From Syntrophales bacterium (lineage in GTDB: Bacteria; Desulfobacterota; Syntrophia; Syntrophales; CG2-30-49-12), in NCBI GenBank assembly GCA_041648505.1, contig JBAZOY010000006.1:332-64331 (forward strand): a stretch of DNA of 64,000 nucleotides. The letters run 5' to 3'. The notes beneath the pieces were generated by a model, which did no database searches, was not told where the DNA came from, and was given only the letters and a program-made list of their open reading frames with translations. The position numbers and the translations under genes were made by a program. Below are positions 35,795 through 45,648 of this stretch, one piece after another (the stretch's first letter is position 1; each line of letters starts with the position of its first letter).

Positions 35795-36717
35795 TCAGTG
35801 ACCTCCCCACATAGCTTGCAGTGAAATGCGCTTGAGTCCATTCCTGTGCCACAACAATTGCATATCTTTTCCCCTTCTTGAGGGGCGGGGATCTCCCCCA
35901 CCACCTCCCGATAGATATGATAGTAATAGAAATGTTCTTTGTTCCAGAATTTTATGGGAAACTTATCTTTGCCTTCAGCGAATTCTTCATCGGAGACCAT
36001 TGAGGGTATGATCCTCCTGAGTTCCGTCATACCGGAACCGTATTCCAGGGGTCTCTTCCCCTGCCAGAGCAGCTCCGGGGGCAGTACGCCGGCAAAGGCT
36101 TCTCTCAGTATCCATTTTCCCCAAGGCTTGTTCCCATCTCTTCTAACCTTAAGATCGAGAGGGATCTCCTGGCTGAATCCCATAAATTCCCTGTCCAGAA
36201 AGGGTTGTCTGATCTCAATTCCAAAGGCTTCTCCGATCTTATTCGAACTGAATTGCATGGCGGAATGCATTCGCTTCATATACTGTTCCAGGTCTTTCAT
36301 CTTGAGCATGAAATCATAGCCGGCAAAGATCTCATCACTTCCGTCACCCGTCATCATGCTTCTGATACCCTTATCTTTCGCCAACTTCAGACCAAGGTAA
36401 ACAGGCAGGTCATTGGGAAGGGCGGGATCGAAGCTTTTGAGTATCTTTATGACTTCAGGGATTGCGGCGATGGCGTCTTCCACCGTGACCGTCACATGGA
36501 GATAATCTATTCCGAGAAAATCCGCCACCCGTGCAGAGTAGCTTTTATCCTCCCCATAAGATTCGAGACCTATGGAGATAGCTTTGGCACCTTTTGCGTA
36601 TGCCGCTGCAAGAGAAGAATCCAGGCCACCGGACAGGAGAATCCCTTCGGTTCGATTTCTATCAACCGATTCGGCAAATCTTTTTTTTAATTCAAGGGAA
36701 ATATCACTTATAATCAT
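35779..36717 (-). CDS. Asparagine synthetase-like amidoligase, synthetase domain only, with C-terminal zinc ribbon
   Basis: LLSGGLDSSLAAAYA PP-loop. No N-terminal glutaminase domain. C-terminal CNCC-x11-CKLC. Confidence 0.7.
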   Translation of the reverse strand: MIISDISLELKKRFAESVDRNRTEGILLSGGLDSSLAAAYAKGAKAISIGLESYGEDKSYSARVADFLGIDYLHVTVTVEDAIAAIPEVIKILKSFDPALPNDLPVYLGLKLAKDKGIRSMMTGDGSDEIFAGYDFMLKMKDLEQYMKRMHSAMQFSSNKIGEAFGIEIRQPFLDREFMGFSQEIPLDLKVRRDGNKPWGKWILREAFAGVLPPELLWQGKRPLEYGSGMTELRRIIPSMVSDEEFAEGKDKFPIKFWNKEHFYYYHIYREVVGEIPAPQEGEKICNCCGTGMDSSAFHCKLCGEVTEWKTS

Positions 36718-38765
36718 ATCTCGTAGCCTACACTGAGAAAGATCGATCGGCCGGCCCCCGGATAAGAACAGAGCGTTCCTGTACCTGTATAATCATAGAA
36801 AGTATTTACATAGGTTTCGTATCCTTTATTAAACAGGTTGTTACCCGTAAGTGAAACTTTCCAGTGGTCGGAAACTCGCTGCTCGATTTTAATGTCCGTT
36901 GTCCAATACGATGACATAGTCCGGGAAGGATTGATATCAGTGTCGTTATCATATAGCCCTGGTCGCTTACTTACATAGTTAAGTGTGGCGGTTGCATTAA
37001 GACCGAATTGAGTCCACCAGGTCAGACTTCCCTTGAACTGATCATCAGGGGTATAGAGTGCTTGACGTTTAGTGCCGCTGTTTTTGTTTTCTTTCGCGTT
37101 AGTGTTTGTGTAGCTGATACCCAAAGTCAGATTATAAAACGGGCCTATTTTTGTTCCAAGCTCCCAGCCATCAGCCTCATAGCTATCGAGGTTTTGTGGT
37201 CTATAGAAGAAACTGCTATCGGGAACCCAGCGAATCTTATCGTCAATATCCCATTTGAAATACGAAAGGGTAATGAATAATTTTTCGTCGAGAAGAGTTT
37301 GTTCAATGGTTGCGTCTGTATGCCATCCTGTTTCAGGTTTTAGATTCGGGTTTCCTTGAGCACCCATTCCCCATCCCCAATCTTCATAAGGCCAGAAGAG
37401 GTCGTTAGGTGTAGGTGCCTTGAAATGCTTTCCTCGACTAAATTTCAGAACTGTGTCTTGAAGAGGGTTTACGATCAGGCCGAGCCTGTAAATGTCTTCG
37501 TATCCGAAAGTAGAATGGTTTTCGTGTCTTAAGCCGGCTATTGTTTTTACGTACTTGCAGGGACGATACTGGGCTTCCGCATACAGGCCATTGGAAAAAA
37601 GATGGGCTTTACTTTTTCCGCTCGATGCCGCAACTTCATTACCATTATTATCCAGAGCTGCATTTTCACTTTTCCAGTCATAATCTCTATAATCTGCGCC
37701 TAACAAAAGACTTGCGCCTTCAAAGGGTTTTATATTTGCGTTGCCCTCAATTGTTGAAACCTCATTGGTTACCCATGACTTACTGCCAGGGACGCCCCCG
37801 GCCCACGCATCGTAGTAACGCATGTAGTTGTAGTTCTCCATATATGTATAATCGCCTCGAACTTTGAGTTCCAGCCAGTCTGCGGGACGACTCTCGATAT
37901 TAAGCACCAGGTGGGCATCTTCGTCACCGCCTTCATCAAGCGTACTCGCTGCGTTACTGCTATAAACCTGTACCCCGGTGGCGTAAAAATTTTGTGTTCC
38001 CGAAGGCGGCTCTACGCCAGGTCTGCCGTATTTTCGATCAATGTAATCAGCATAAAGGCTCACATCCAGAATATCTCCCTTATCATAAACCAGTTTCAGA
38101 GAGGCATCATTATGGGTAAGGTCGCTGTTATCTCGAAAACCATCGGTTTCCTTTCGACCTAATGTGAAATAATATCCAAAATCCTCTGTAAGAAACATTC
38201 CTTGTTCGGCGGATAACTGATAAGTGTCCTCAGTGCCGTAACCAGCGGTTACTTTTAAATCCATTTTATCGTGTTTCGGACTTTTTGTTATAATATTGAC
38301 GGTTCCTCCCATAGCGCCGGTGCCATAGAGGAGAGAGCCTGACCCTTTCACCACCTCTATGCGTTCAATGTTGCTGAGTGGTATTTTAGATACGTCAGCA
38401 ACTCCGAGAGACGGTGAAATAAGACTTGTTCCGTTAATAAAAACCTGTGTTGAATCACCACTCATACCCCTGATATGGATCTCCTGAGCAGCGCCTCCAT
38501 AATTTCCGTACGTTCTCCAGTCTATGCCCGGTTCGTTCGCCAAAAGCTCACCTATGCTGTCTGCTGTGGATTCCTGAATATCAATTTCGTTTTTCAGGAT
38601 CACGGCATTGGCAATATCTTTTCGTTTTTCTGCAGTTTTGGTTGCACTAACCACAACTTCCTCCAGAGTTACCGGTTTACCTTCTTCCTGTGCAGAAACA
38701 GGGGCGGGTAAAATTAAAAATATACAAACAGATAGCACGACGATACAACTTGACAATTTCTTCAT
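36714..38765 (-). CDS. TonB-dependent outer-membrane receptor (probable corrinoid receptor)
   Basis: Signal peptide, TonB-box-like LEEVVVSAT, plug plus 22-strand barrel length. A cobalamin riboswitch lies upstream. Confidence 0.85.
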   Translation of the reverse strand: MKKLSSCIVVLSVCIFLILPAPVSAQEEGKPVTLEEVVVSATKTAEKRKDIANAVILKNEIDIQESTADSIGELLANEPGIDWRTYGNYGGAAQEIHIRGMSGDSTQVFINGTSLISPSLGVADVSKIPLSNIERIEVVKGSGSLLYGTGAMGGTVNIITKSPKHDKMDLKVTAGYGTEDTYQLSAEQGMFLTEDFGYYFTLGRKETDGFRDNSDLTHNDASLKLVYDKGDILDVSLYADYIDRKYGRPGVEPPSGTQNFYATGVQVYSSNAASTLDEGGDEDAHLVLNIESRPADWLELKVRGDYTYMENYNYMRYYDAWAGGVPGSKSWVTNEVSTIEGNANIKPFEGASLLLGADYRDYDWKSENAALDNNGNEVAASSGKSKAHLFSNGLYAEAQYRPCKYVKTIAGLRHENHSTFGYEDIYRLGLIVNPLQDTVLKFSRGKHFKAPTPNDLFWPYEDWGWGMGAQGNPNLKPETGWHTDATIEQTLLDEKLFITLSYFKWDIDDKIRWVPDSSFFYRPQNLDSYEADGWELGTKIGPFYNLTLGISYTNTNAKENKNSGTKRQALYTPDDQFKGSLTWWTQFGLNATATLNYVSKRPGLYDNDTDINPSRTMSSYWTTDIKIEQRVSDHWKVSLTGNNLFNKGYETYVNTFYDYTGTGTLCSYPGAGRSIFLSVGYEI

Positions 38766-38899
38766 TTTTTCTATTTCTCCTTCTTATAATTTTCAGTCTT
38801 GTAAAGAATTTTTTTTCTATTTCCCTTACAAATTACCCTTGTAAGGATGGTTCTTTTTTATCGCCTTCTCTCATATAACCTCCTCTCCCCCTCGGGATA

Positions 38900-39060
38900 T
38901 ATTTTGTCAGATGAGTTTTCTGGCTTGCGGTTACATTTCTGCCGCCATGTCTTCCTAATCATGTTTCAAGAAATCAGTGACGTCATATGGGCTTTGTTCC
39001 GCCTACAGTTGCGGGGCAGCGCCGGATTTTGACCGGCTTCCTCGTTCTGACAGTTTTGCT
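38900..39060 (-). promoter_or_regulatory. Cobalamin riboswitch (RS2)
   Basis: Minus-strand read: GGAAGCCGGTCAAAATCCGGCGCTGCCCCGCAACTGTA ... CACTG ... AGGAAG ... AGCCAGAAAACTCATC (B12-box-like). Its 5' part overlaps the last ~58 nt of the upstream ATPase ORF. Confidence 0.75.
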
Positions 39061-39833
39061 GCAACGAGTGTCACTCTCGGCAATCCGGCCTGCGGATTCC
39101 TGTCCACTAATACTTCTGTTCCATAAACCTTCCTTATATTTGATTCACTGATCACCTCTTCGGGAGTGCCAATACAGTGAATGTTTCCCCTGTCAAGAAG
39201 TATGATCCGGTCACAGTAAAGTGACGCTAAATTGATATCATGGGTAACGGAGATAACGGTCAGGCCATCTTCTTTATTCAGGGTCTTTACTAAATTGAAG
39301 AAGTTCACCTGATGCTTGATATCAAGAAAGGATGTAGGTTCATCGAGAAGCACAATCTGTGGTTCCTGGGTCAGCGCGCGTGCGATTAAAACTCTCTGCC
39401 GCTCACCACCACTCAACTCACCGATACTTCTGCAGGCAAAGCCGAGGGTATCTGTCATCTCCATTGATCTATGGGCTATTTCGTAGTCTTTTTTTCCCTC
39501 AAGCCTCAACTTTCCCAGATGGGGTGCCCTCCCCATTAAAACTATCTCCTCAACAGAGAAGGGAAATATCAGGGGAGCCTCCTGCGGGACAACGGCAACA
39601 AGCCTGGCCAGGGCATCCCTTTTCATTTCTTTGATATTAATGCCGTTGATAAAGACAGTTCCCTCCTGGGGAACTAAAATCCTGTTAATAATCTTGAGGA
39701 GGGTTGTTTTACCGGAGGCGTTTGGTCCTATTATTCCCCAAAACTCTCCCTTGCCGATGGCGAAAGAGATGTTGTTAAGTACCCATTCTTTCGTGTATCT
39801 GAATCCAATTTCTTTTGCCTGCACGATCGTCAT
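39003..39833 (-). CDS. Fe3+-siderophore/cobalamin-type ABC ATP-binding protein (BtuD/FecE-like)
   Basis: GPNASGKTT, LSGGERQR, VLLDEPT. Start chosen at MTIVQAKE, which overlaps the permease stop (ATGA). Confidence 0.85.
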   Translation of the reverse strand: MTIVQAKEIGFRYTKEWVLNNISFAIGKGEFWGIIGPNASGKTTLLKIINRILVPQEGTVFINGINIKEMKRDALARLVAVVPQEAPLIFPFSVEEIVLMGRAPHLGKLRLEGKKDYEIAHRSMEMTDTLGFACRSIGELSGGERQRVLIARALTQEPQIVLLDEPTSFLDIKHQVNFFNLVKTLNKEDGLTVISVTHDINLASLYCDRIILLDRGNIHCIGTPEEVISESNIRKVYGTEVLVDRNPQAGLPRVTLVAAKLSERGSRSKSGAAPQL

Positions 39834-40849
39834 GGCCGAGATATCCTCCTGCGGAGCAGATAGATGAAGTATGGAGCGCCGCACATGGCGGTGATAACCC
39901 CCACTGGCAATTCCGTATAGGGGATTATTGTCCTGGCGATAGTATCGGCTGCGATCAGAAAGGATGCCCCGAAGAGAAGAGAGGCGGGCAGCAACAGCCT
40001 GTGATCGGAACCGAAGAGCATTCTCATAATATGTGGGATAATAAGCCCTACAAAACCAATGATCCCACTGAATGAGACAGCCAGTCCGGTTATCATGGAG
40101 GCGGCAAGAAAGAGTATTATTTTTGTCCTTTCCACATTTACCCCCAGCTGCGTAGCAGTTTCCTCACCTGTGACGATCAGGTTCAGGGACCTTGCTTCGA
40201 TATATATGACGGCAAACCCGACCATCAGAAAAAATCCTGTCAGTATAATTTCGCTGTTGCCGGCGAAACTTAGATTTCCCATTAACCAGAATGTTATGTT
40301 ATGTAAGTCGGCATTGGTGGAAAGGGAAATAAAAAACATAATGATAGACGAAAAAAAAGCGTTGACGATAACGCCCGCAAGGAGGAGGGTGTTGGGATTC
40401 GTTCTACCAATGGCAAAAACAAGGACAACAGTGATAATAGCTCCAAGAAAAGCCAGTCCTGGAATGCTGAATGGGAGGAAACCTATACCGGTAACAATAC
40501 CAATAATGGCCCCGACAGCCGAACCTCCGGATATTCCCAGGATGTATGGATCAGCCAGGGGATTGCGCAGGAGGGCCTGGAAGACAACACCGGCAGTGGA
40601 AAGGGCGGCACCAACGATACCGGCAAAGATGATCCTGGGTAAGCGAATCGAAAAGATTATGGTCTTTTCTACCGGCGTCAATCCGGTAAAACCTTCTTGC
40701 CATCCGCACAGGATTTCCCTGAGGCTTTCGATGATGCCGATCTTTGCTGTTCCAAGAAGCAGAGATACAAGAACAACAACAAGCAAGACACCAGCCAGCA
40801 AAATGTTAATCTTAATTATCCGGGATAGAGTTACCGAAGATTTTATCAT
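39830..40849 (-). CDS. FecCD/BtuC-family ABC permease
   Basis: About 340 aa, polytopic, with the typical FecCD C-terminal region (TGLAVSFSGIIGFVGLIIPHIMR). Confidence 0.85.
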   Translation of the reverse strand: MIKSSVTLSRIIKINILLAGVLLVVVLVSLLLGTAKIGIIESLREILCGWQEGFTGLTPVEKTIIFSIRLPRIIFAGIVGAALSTAGVVFQALLRNPLADPYILGISGGSAVGAIIGIVTGIGFLPFSIPGLAFLGAIITVVLVFAIGRTNPNTLLLAGVIVNAFFSSIIMFFISLSTNADLHNITFWLMGNLSFAGNSEIILTGFFLMVGFAVIYIEARSLNLIVTGEETATQLGVNVERTKIILFLAASMITGLAVSFSGIIGFVGLIIPHIMRMLFGSDHRLLLPASLLFGASFLIAADTIARTIIPYTELPVGVITAMCGAPYFIYLLRRRISRP

Positions 40850-41009
40850 CACACAGAACCCCACATAATTTAAAAATAGCGGGAGAAGCTTGCCTATGGC
40901 AAAAGGATGGTTCCTTGACCCAAGAGTGCTTCAGTGGTTTCCTGTGGATGAACAACAGGGCAGGTAAATTCAAAGAATTTCTCATGGCACACCTCCCGCG
41001 AGGAATATG

Positions 41010-41200
41010 GAATGGATAGGTCTTCCGGCTCAAGGCTATCTACTTGTCCGCCTTCCCACCATGGTATCACCCATGACAGTGGCTTAAAAAGTCATTAGTC
41101 GCTATTTGAAATTTTCGACTCGTGACTTTTACTGGACTTTCGCTCCCTTCACGGCTGCGGGGCAGCTGGGGATTTACACCCCTCTTCCTCACATCCACTC
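41010..41200 (-). promoter_or_regulatory. Cobalamin riboswitch (RS1)
   Basis: Minus-strand read: GGAAGAGGGGTGTAAATCCCCAGCTGCCCCGCAGCCGTGAAGGGAG ... GCCACTG ... GGGAAGGC ... GAGCCGGAAGACCTATCC (B12 box). Confidence 0.8.
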
Positions 41201-41427
41201 AATTATGATCTAACTTAGCAAAAGGTAGGTTAAAAATCGTAGGATGTCAAGAAAAAAACAACTAGTCTTGTAAGTAGATAATTCATATGGATTAATATGT
41301 TATTGGTCGGTGAAAGGTGAAGCGGAGAAGGTTGTTAGGGTTGCCGGTGTGGCGCTACGCTGCGACGGCATGGTGAAAAAACTATTGATCCGTGCCTGCT
41401 GAATCCAATTTGCAAAGCTCTCGCCCA

Positions 41428-41922
41428 TCATTTTCTTTTTATTGATAAATGTTTCAGGAGTCCCCCGTCTCGTATAAGTTCCTGCATGAAAGGCGGGATG
41501 GGCTGAATGGACAGGGGGGGCATTTTCGATCCTACGATGGTGATCTTTCCTGCATCTCCATCCACATCAATCTCCTGGCCTTCCGATACCAGGTCCCACA
41601 TATCCTTCGATTCGAAAATAGGGAGGCCCATATTGAACGCATTCCGGTAAAATATCCGGGCGAAGCTCCTGGCAACGATGCAGGAAATCCCAGCGGCCTT
41701 AATGGCTATGGGGGCGTGTTCTCTTGAAGAGCCACAGCCGAAGTTTTCTCCTGCTACGATGATATCCCCGACACTCACTTTTCTCACAAATTCCCGGTCA
41801 AGACCCTCCATGCAGTGGGAGGCAAGGACTTCCGGATCAAACGTAGTCAAACAGCGTGCCGGGATAATGACATCGGTATCTATATTATCTCCAAACTTCC
41901 AGACTTTTCCTCTGTATTTCAT
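41428..41922 (-). CDS. leuD: 3-isopropylmalate dehydratase small subunit
   Basis: 164 aa with GENFGCGSSREHA. Confidence 0.9.
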   Translation of the reverse strand: MKYRGKVWKFGDNIDTDVIIPARCLTTFDPEVLASHCMEGLDREFVRKVSVGDIIVAGENFGCGSSREHAPIAIKAAGISCIVARSFARIFYRNAFNMGLPIFESKDMWDLVSEGQEIDVDGDAGKITIVGSKMPPLSIQPIPPFMQELIRDGGLLKHLSIKRK

Positions 41923-41930
41923 TAAGAGTC

Positions 41931-43198
41931 CTAACCTCCTGTAATTTCATTCGGTCCTGCAATACGTCCCATTATTGCAGATGCGGCGGCCACCGCCGGG
42001 TTGGTTAAGTACACCTCACTCGTCGGATGGCCCATGCGACCGATAAAGTTTCTATTCGTTGTCGCGACGGCCCTTTCACCTTCTGCAAGTATACCCATAT
42101 ACCCGCCCAAACAGGGACCGCAGGTTGGGGGGCTGATCACCGCCCCGGCATCTATAAATGTTTCCAAGAGTCCTTCTTGCAAAGCGGTCCTGTAAACCTG
42201 TGATGTAGCGGGGATGACGATCAGGCGGACATACGGGGCTGTTTTTCTCTTTTTCAGGACAGAAGCGGCTATCCGCAGGTCTTCTATTCGTCCGTTTGTA
42301 CAGGAGCCGATTACCACTTGATCGATCATTATATTTCCCACTTGGCTGATTCCCCTTACGTTGGAAGGGAGCGACGGAAAGGCTACCTGCGGTTCGATTT
42401 TGCTAATGTCGATTTCCTGTTGTCGGCGTAGACAGCATCGGGGTCCGAGTCGTATATGGTGTATGCACGTTTGGCCTTGCTCTCAGCATATACCTTCGTA
42501 ACTTTATCAGGGATGAATATGCCGTTTTTTGCGCCTGCCTCGATGACCATGTTGGCGATTGTAAATCGGTCTGCCATGCCGAGTTGGCTTGTCGCTTCGC
42601 CGGTGAACTCCATAGTGCGGTAGAGGGCTCCGTCCACGCCTATTTTACCGATGATGTAAAGAATAACGTCCTTTCCCGACACCCACTTATTCAAGCGTCC
42701 GGAAAGGATGATCTTCATGGTCTCGGGAACCTTGAACCAGACCTCTCCGGTCAGCATGGCAGCGGCCAGATCGGTGCTGCCCACGCCGGTGGCGAAAGCC
42801 CCGAGGGCACCGTAGGTGCATGTATGGCTGTCAGCACCAATAATGAGGTCCCCGGGCAGGACTATGCCCTGTTCGGGAAGAAGGGCGTGTTCGATTCCGA
42901 CATTTCCACCTTCATAATAATGAATAATTCCCTGTTCTTTTGCAAATGTACGCATGACCTTGCATTGTTGGGCTGATTCAATGTCTTTAGTGGGGGTAAA
43001 ATGGTCCGCTACCAGAACCACCCTTTCCCTGTCAAAGACCTTCTCTCCACCAGCCTTCCGGAACTCGGCAATGGCCATAGGTGCCGTTATATCATTTCCC
43101 AGAGCGATATCTACTTTAGCGTTGATAAGCATTCCGGGATGCAATTCATGCATATCCGCATGCCGGCAAAGAATCTTTTCGGTTATAGTCATTCCCAT
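41931..43198 (-). pseudogene. leuC: 3-isopropylmalate dehydratase large subunit, split by a -1 frameshift (probably an assembly artefact)
   Basis: The N-terminal part ends ..[48 protein letters not shown] continues in another frame, with the junction near 42411-42420. Fe-S Cys ligands are present. Confidence 0.85.
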
Positions 43199-43270
43199 GT
43201 ATCATCTCCCGTTGCCGGTAATACAAAAGCTATGGTTTTTATTTGCTCATCATTACACCATAGAGGCTGA

Positions 43271-44815
43271 TTATTCAATAGTTACCTTCTTACCGCCGGA
43301 CTTGATCCATTCGAGGCGGTTCAGGGCATTGATATACGCTTTTGCCGAGGCGACGACAACGTCAGGATGTGCACCGCGGCCTATTACACTGTGCTCGTTA
43401 TACCTGAGCTGTACTGTTACTTCTCCCAGAGCATCGGCTCCTCCCGTAATGGCGTTGACGGCGTATTTCTCAAGGTGGTAATCGGTTTTCGTGATCTTTC
43501 TGATAGCCGCAAAGGTGGCATCTATAGTACCGACGCCGAAACCCGCATCCAGGATTACCGCGCCACCTATTTCCATCTGCATAATTGCCGTGGGAACAGC
43601 AACATTACCGCTCACTACGTTCAGATAGACGAGTTTGTATGTGTCCGGTACACGTAACACTTCCTCGTAGATAATAGCCTCCATATCCTCATCAAATATT
43701 TCCTTTTTCACGTCGGCCAGGTTTTTAAACTGGACGAAGACCCTGTTTATCTCTTCCTCGCTTAGATTGAAACCCATCTTCTTGAGGTGCTCAGAGATGG
43801 CATGCCGGCCTGAGTGCTTTCCCATAACAAGATGGGTGTCTGATATACCGACGGTTTGGGGCTTTATTATCTCATAGGTGATCTTTTCCTTGATAAGGCC
43901 GTCCTGATGTATGCCGGATTCATGCGAGAAGGCATTGGCGCCGACGATTGCTTTATTCGGCTGCACGCCTACACCCGTTATCTGCGTGAGGAGCCGGGAG
44001 GTCTGGTAAAGGTGTTCTGTCTTTATGTTAGTGGTAAGATTCAAGAGGTCCTTCCTCGTCTCAATGGCCATAACAACTTCCTCGAGGGCGGTATTGCCGG
44101 CCCTTTCACCAATCCCGTTGATAGCGCATTCTACCTGTCGTGCCCCTTGCTTCAAGGCAGCCAGGGAATTGGCTACGGCAACACCGAGATCGTTGTGACA
44201 GTGAGCGGAAATGATGGCCTGATGGATGTTTTTCACCTTGGCAAAAAGGTAGGCGATTAGCCCACCAAATTCGTCCGGCAGGGCGTAACCTACTGTATCT
44301 GGGATATTGATAGTCGTGGCACCTTCGGAGATGGCCGCCTCGACGATGTTGCACAGGTAGTCTTTGTCCGTCCGGCTGGCATCCATGGGGGAAAACTCAA
44401 CATTATCCGTATAACGCCGGGCTCGGGCTACGGCGGCTCGGGCCTCTTCCAGTACCTGCTCCCGAGTCTTACGCAACTGGTAATGCAGGTGAATGTCGGA
44501 CGATGACAGGAAGACGTGAATCCTGGGATTGGCCCCATCTTTGATGGCCTCCCACGCCCTGTCGATGTCATCGGAACTAGCCCGGGCCAGGCCTGTTATC
44601 TGGGCGCCTCTGACCTCACGAGCTATCTGTTGCACTGATAAAAAGTCACCTTCCGAGGCGGTTGGGAAGCCAGCCTCGATCACATCCACCCCAAGCTTTT
44701 CCAATTGTTTCGCAAGGCGTAGTTTCTCATCGGGGTTCATGCTGCACCCAGGCGACTGTTCGCCGTCTCTCAATGTGGTGTCGAAAATGATAACCTTTTC
44801 TATATTTGCATCCAT
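43271..44815 (-). CDS. leuA: 2-isopropylmalate synthase
   Basis: FDTTLRDGEQSPG, HCHNDLG and a C-terminal LeuA dimerisation/regulatory domain. Start chosen at MDANIEKV. Confidence 0.9.
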   Translation of the reverse strand: MDANIEKVIIFDTTLRDGEQSPGCSMNPDEKLRLAKQLEKLGVDVIEAGFPTASEGDFLSVQQIAREVRGAQITGLARASSDDIDRAWEAIKDGANPRIHVFLSSSDIHLHYQLRKTREQVLEEARAAVARARRYTDNVEFSPMDASRTDKDYLCNIVEAAISEGATTINIPDTVGYALPDEFGGLIAYLFAKVKNIHQAIISAHCHNDLGVAVANSLAALKQGARQVECAINGIGERAGNTALEEVVMAIETRKDLLNLTTNIKTEHLYQTSRLLTQITGVGVQPNKAIVGANAFSHESGIHQDGLIKEKITYEIIKPQTVGISDTHLVMGKHSGRHAISEHLKKMGFNLSEEEINRVFVQFKNLADVKKEIFDEDMEAIIYEEVLRVPDTYKLVYLNVVSGNVAVPTAIMQMEIGGAVILDAGFGVGTIDATFAAIRKITKTDYHLEKYAVNAITGGADALGEVTVQLRYNEHSVIGRGAHPDVVVASAKAYINALNRLEWIKSGGKKVTIE

Positions 44816-44842
44816 ATACTTTTCCTTTCTTTGATGAGAAAC

Positions 44843-44879
44843 AAAAAAGGCCATGGAGTTGTTTGCCCATGGCCTTTTT
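44843..44879 (-). terminator. Rho-independent terminator/attenuator hairpin
   Basis: GGCCATGG-N10-CCATGGCC flanked by A6 and T5-6. Lies 28 nt upstream of the leuA ATG. Confidence 0.65.
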
Positions 44880-45189
44880 GCAGTTCATTGAAGTTTTTAT
44901 TTATTGGCTACCTAAAAAGGACAGGCGGTGTGTATGAATATGTGAGCAAAGAAGGGCGAGGCCCAGAACAAGTGTCAAAAGCGAACTATTTAGAATCTTT
45001 ACCCCTGCCGCCATTATCCAGCCATCCTTTTAAATACTATAGAAATATTTAAAATAGGATAACATTTTTGTCAAGCATTTTCTTTTATGTTTTGAGGAGC
45101 ACATAATCCGTATAGTTTAATATGTGAACAGGGGGGGGCAGATGAGATGGATAGAATTGCTAAGGGAGATTCGGAAGATGTAAAGGGGG

Positions 45190-45648
45190 TTAGGGGGAAG
45201 AATTTCTGTTTCTCAACATGGAAAAAAGTTCTTTCTCCTTGTTTTCCATTCGGATTGTTTCATCTTCTCCGGTATTCTCATGATTATATCCTATAAGATG
45301 GAGAAAGCCATGGATCATGAGAAAATCTATTTCATCGTCGAATTCAATAGAAGCTTCCAGGGCATCTGTAAAAGCTGTTTCCACTGAAATAACAATGTCT
45401 CCAAGTATATGGGGATTAATGTTACCGAATTCACCCTCCGACATGGAAAACGATATGACATTGGTGGAGTAGTCCCTGTTCAAAAAACGCCTGTTTATCG
45501 CCCTGATGCCTTCGTCATCCACAAACAGCAAGCTGATTTCTTTATCTTTGCAATCTAGATTTCTCAGTATCTTATTAAGTGCCCGCCGCACACGCTGGAG
45601 GTCTATCTTTATTTTTTTCTGCCGGTTTTCTATCAATACTGCTGCCAT
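45190..45648 (-). CDS. ybeY: rRNA maturation endoribonuclease YbeY
   Basis: HGFLHLIGYNH zinc motif; 152 aa. Confidence 0.9.
   Translation of the reverse strand: MAAVLIENRQKKIKIDLQRVRRALNKILRNLDCKDKEISLLFVDDEGIRAINRRFLNRDYSTNVISFSMSEGEFGNINPHILGDIVISVETAFTDALEASIEFDDEIDFLMIHGFLHLIGYNHENTGEDETIRMENKEKELFSMLRNRNSSP

Noticed and set aside
40059-40868. 269-aa plus-strand ORF antisense to the FecCD permease. Similar minus-strand ORFs lie at 30639-31518 inside the FtsX permease.
   Set aside because: These are shadow ORFs of membrane-protein genes, with no independent support.
40812-41033. 73-aa ORF between riboswitch RS1 and the permease.
   Set aside because: It overlaps the riboswitch 3' end and the permease start and has basic, low-complexity composition. 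It is more likely expression-platform sequence.
44886-45190. T-box riboswitch or Leu leader peptide upstream of leuA.
   Set aside because: No T-box core sequence or specifier-loop architecture and no Leu-codon-rich mini-ORF were found by eye.
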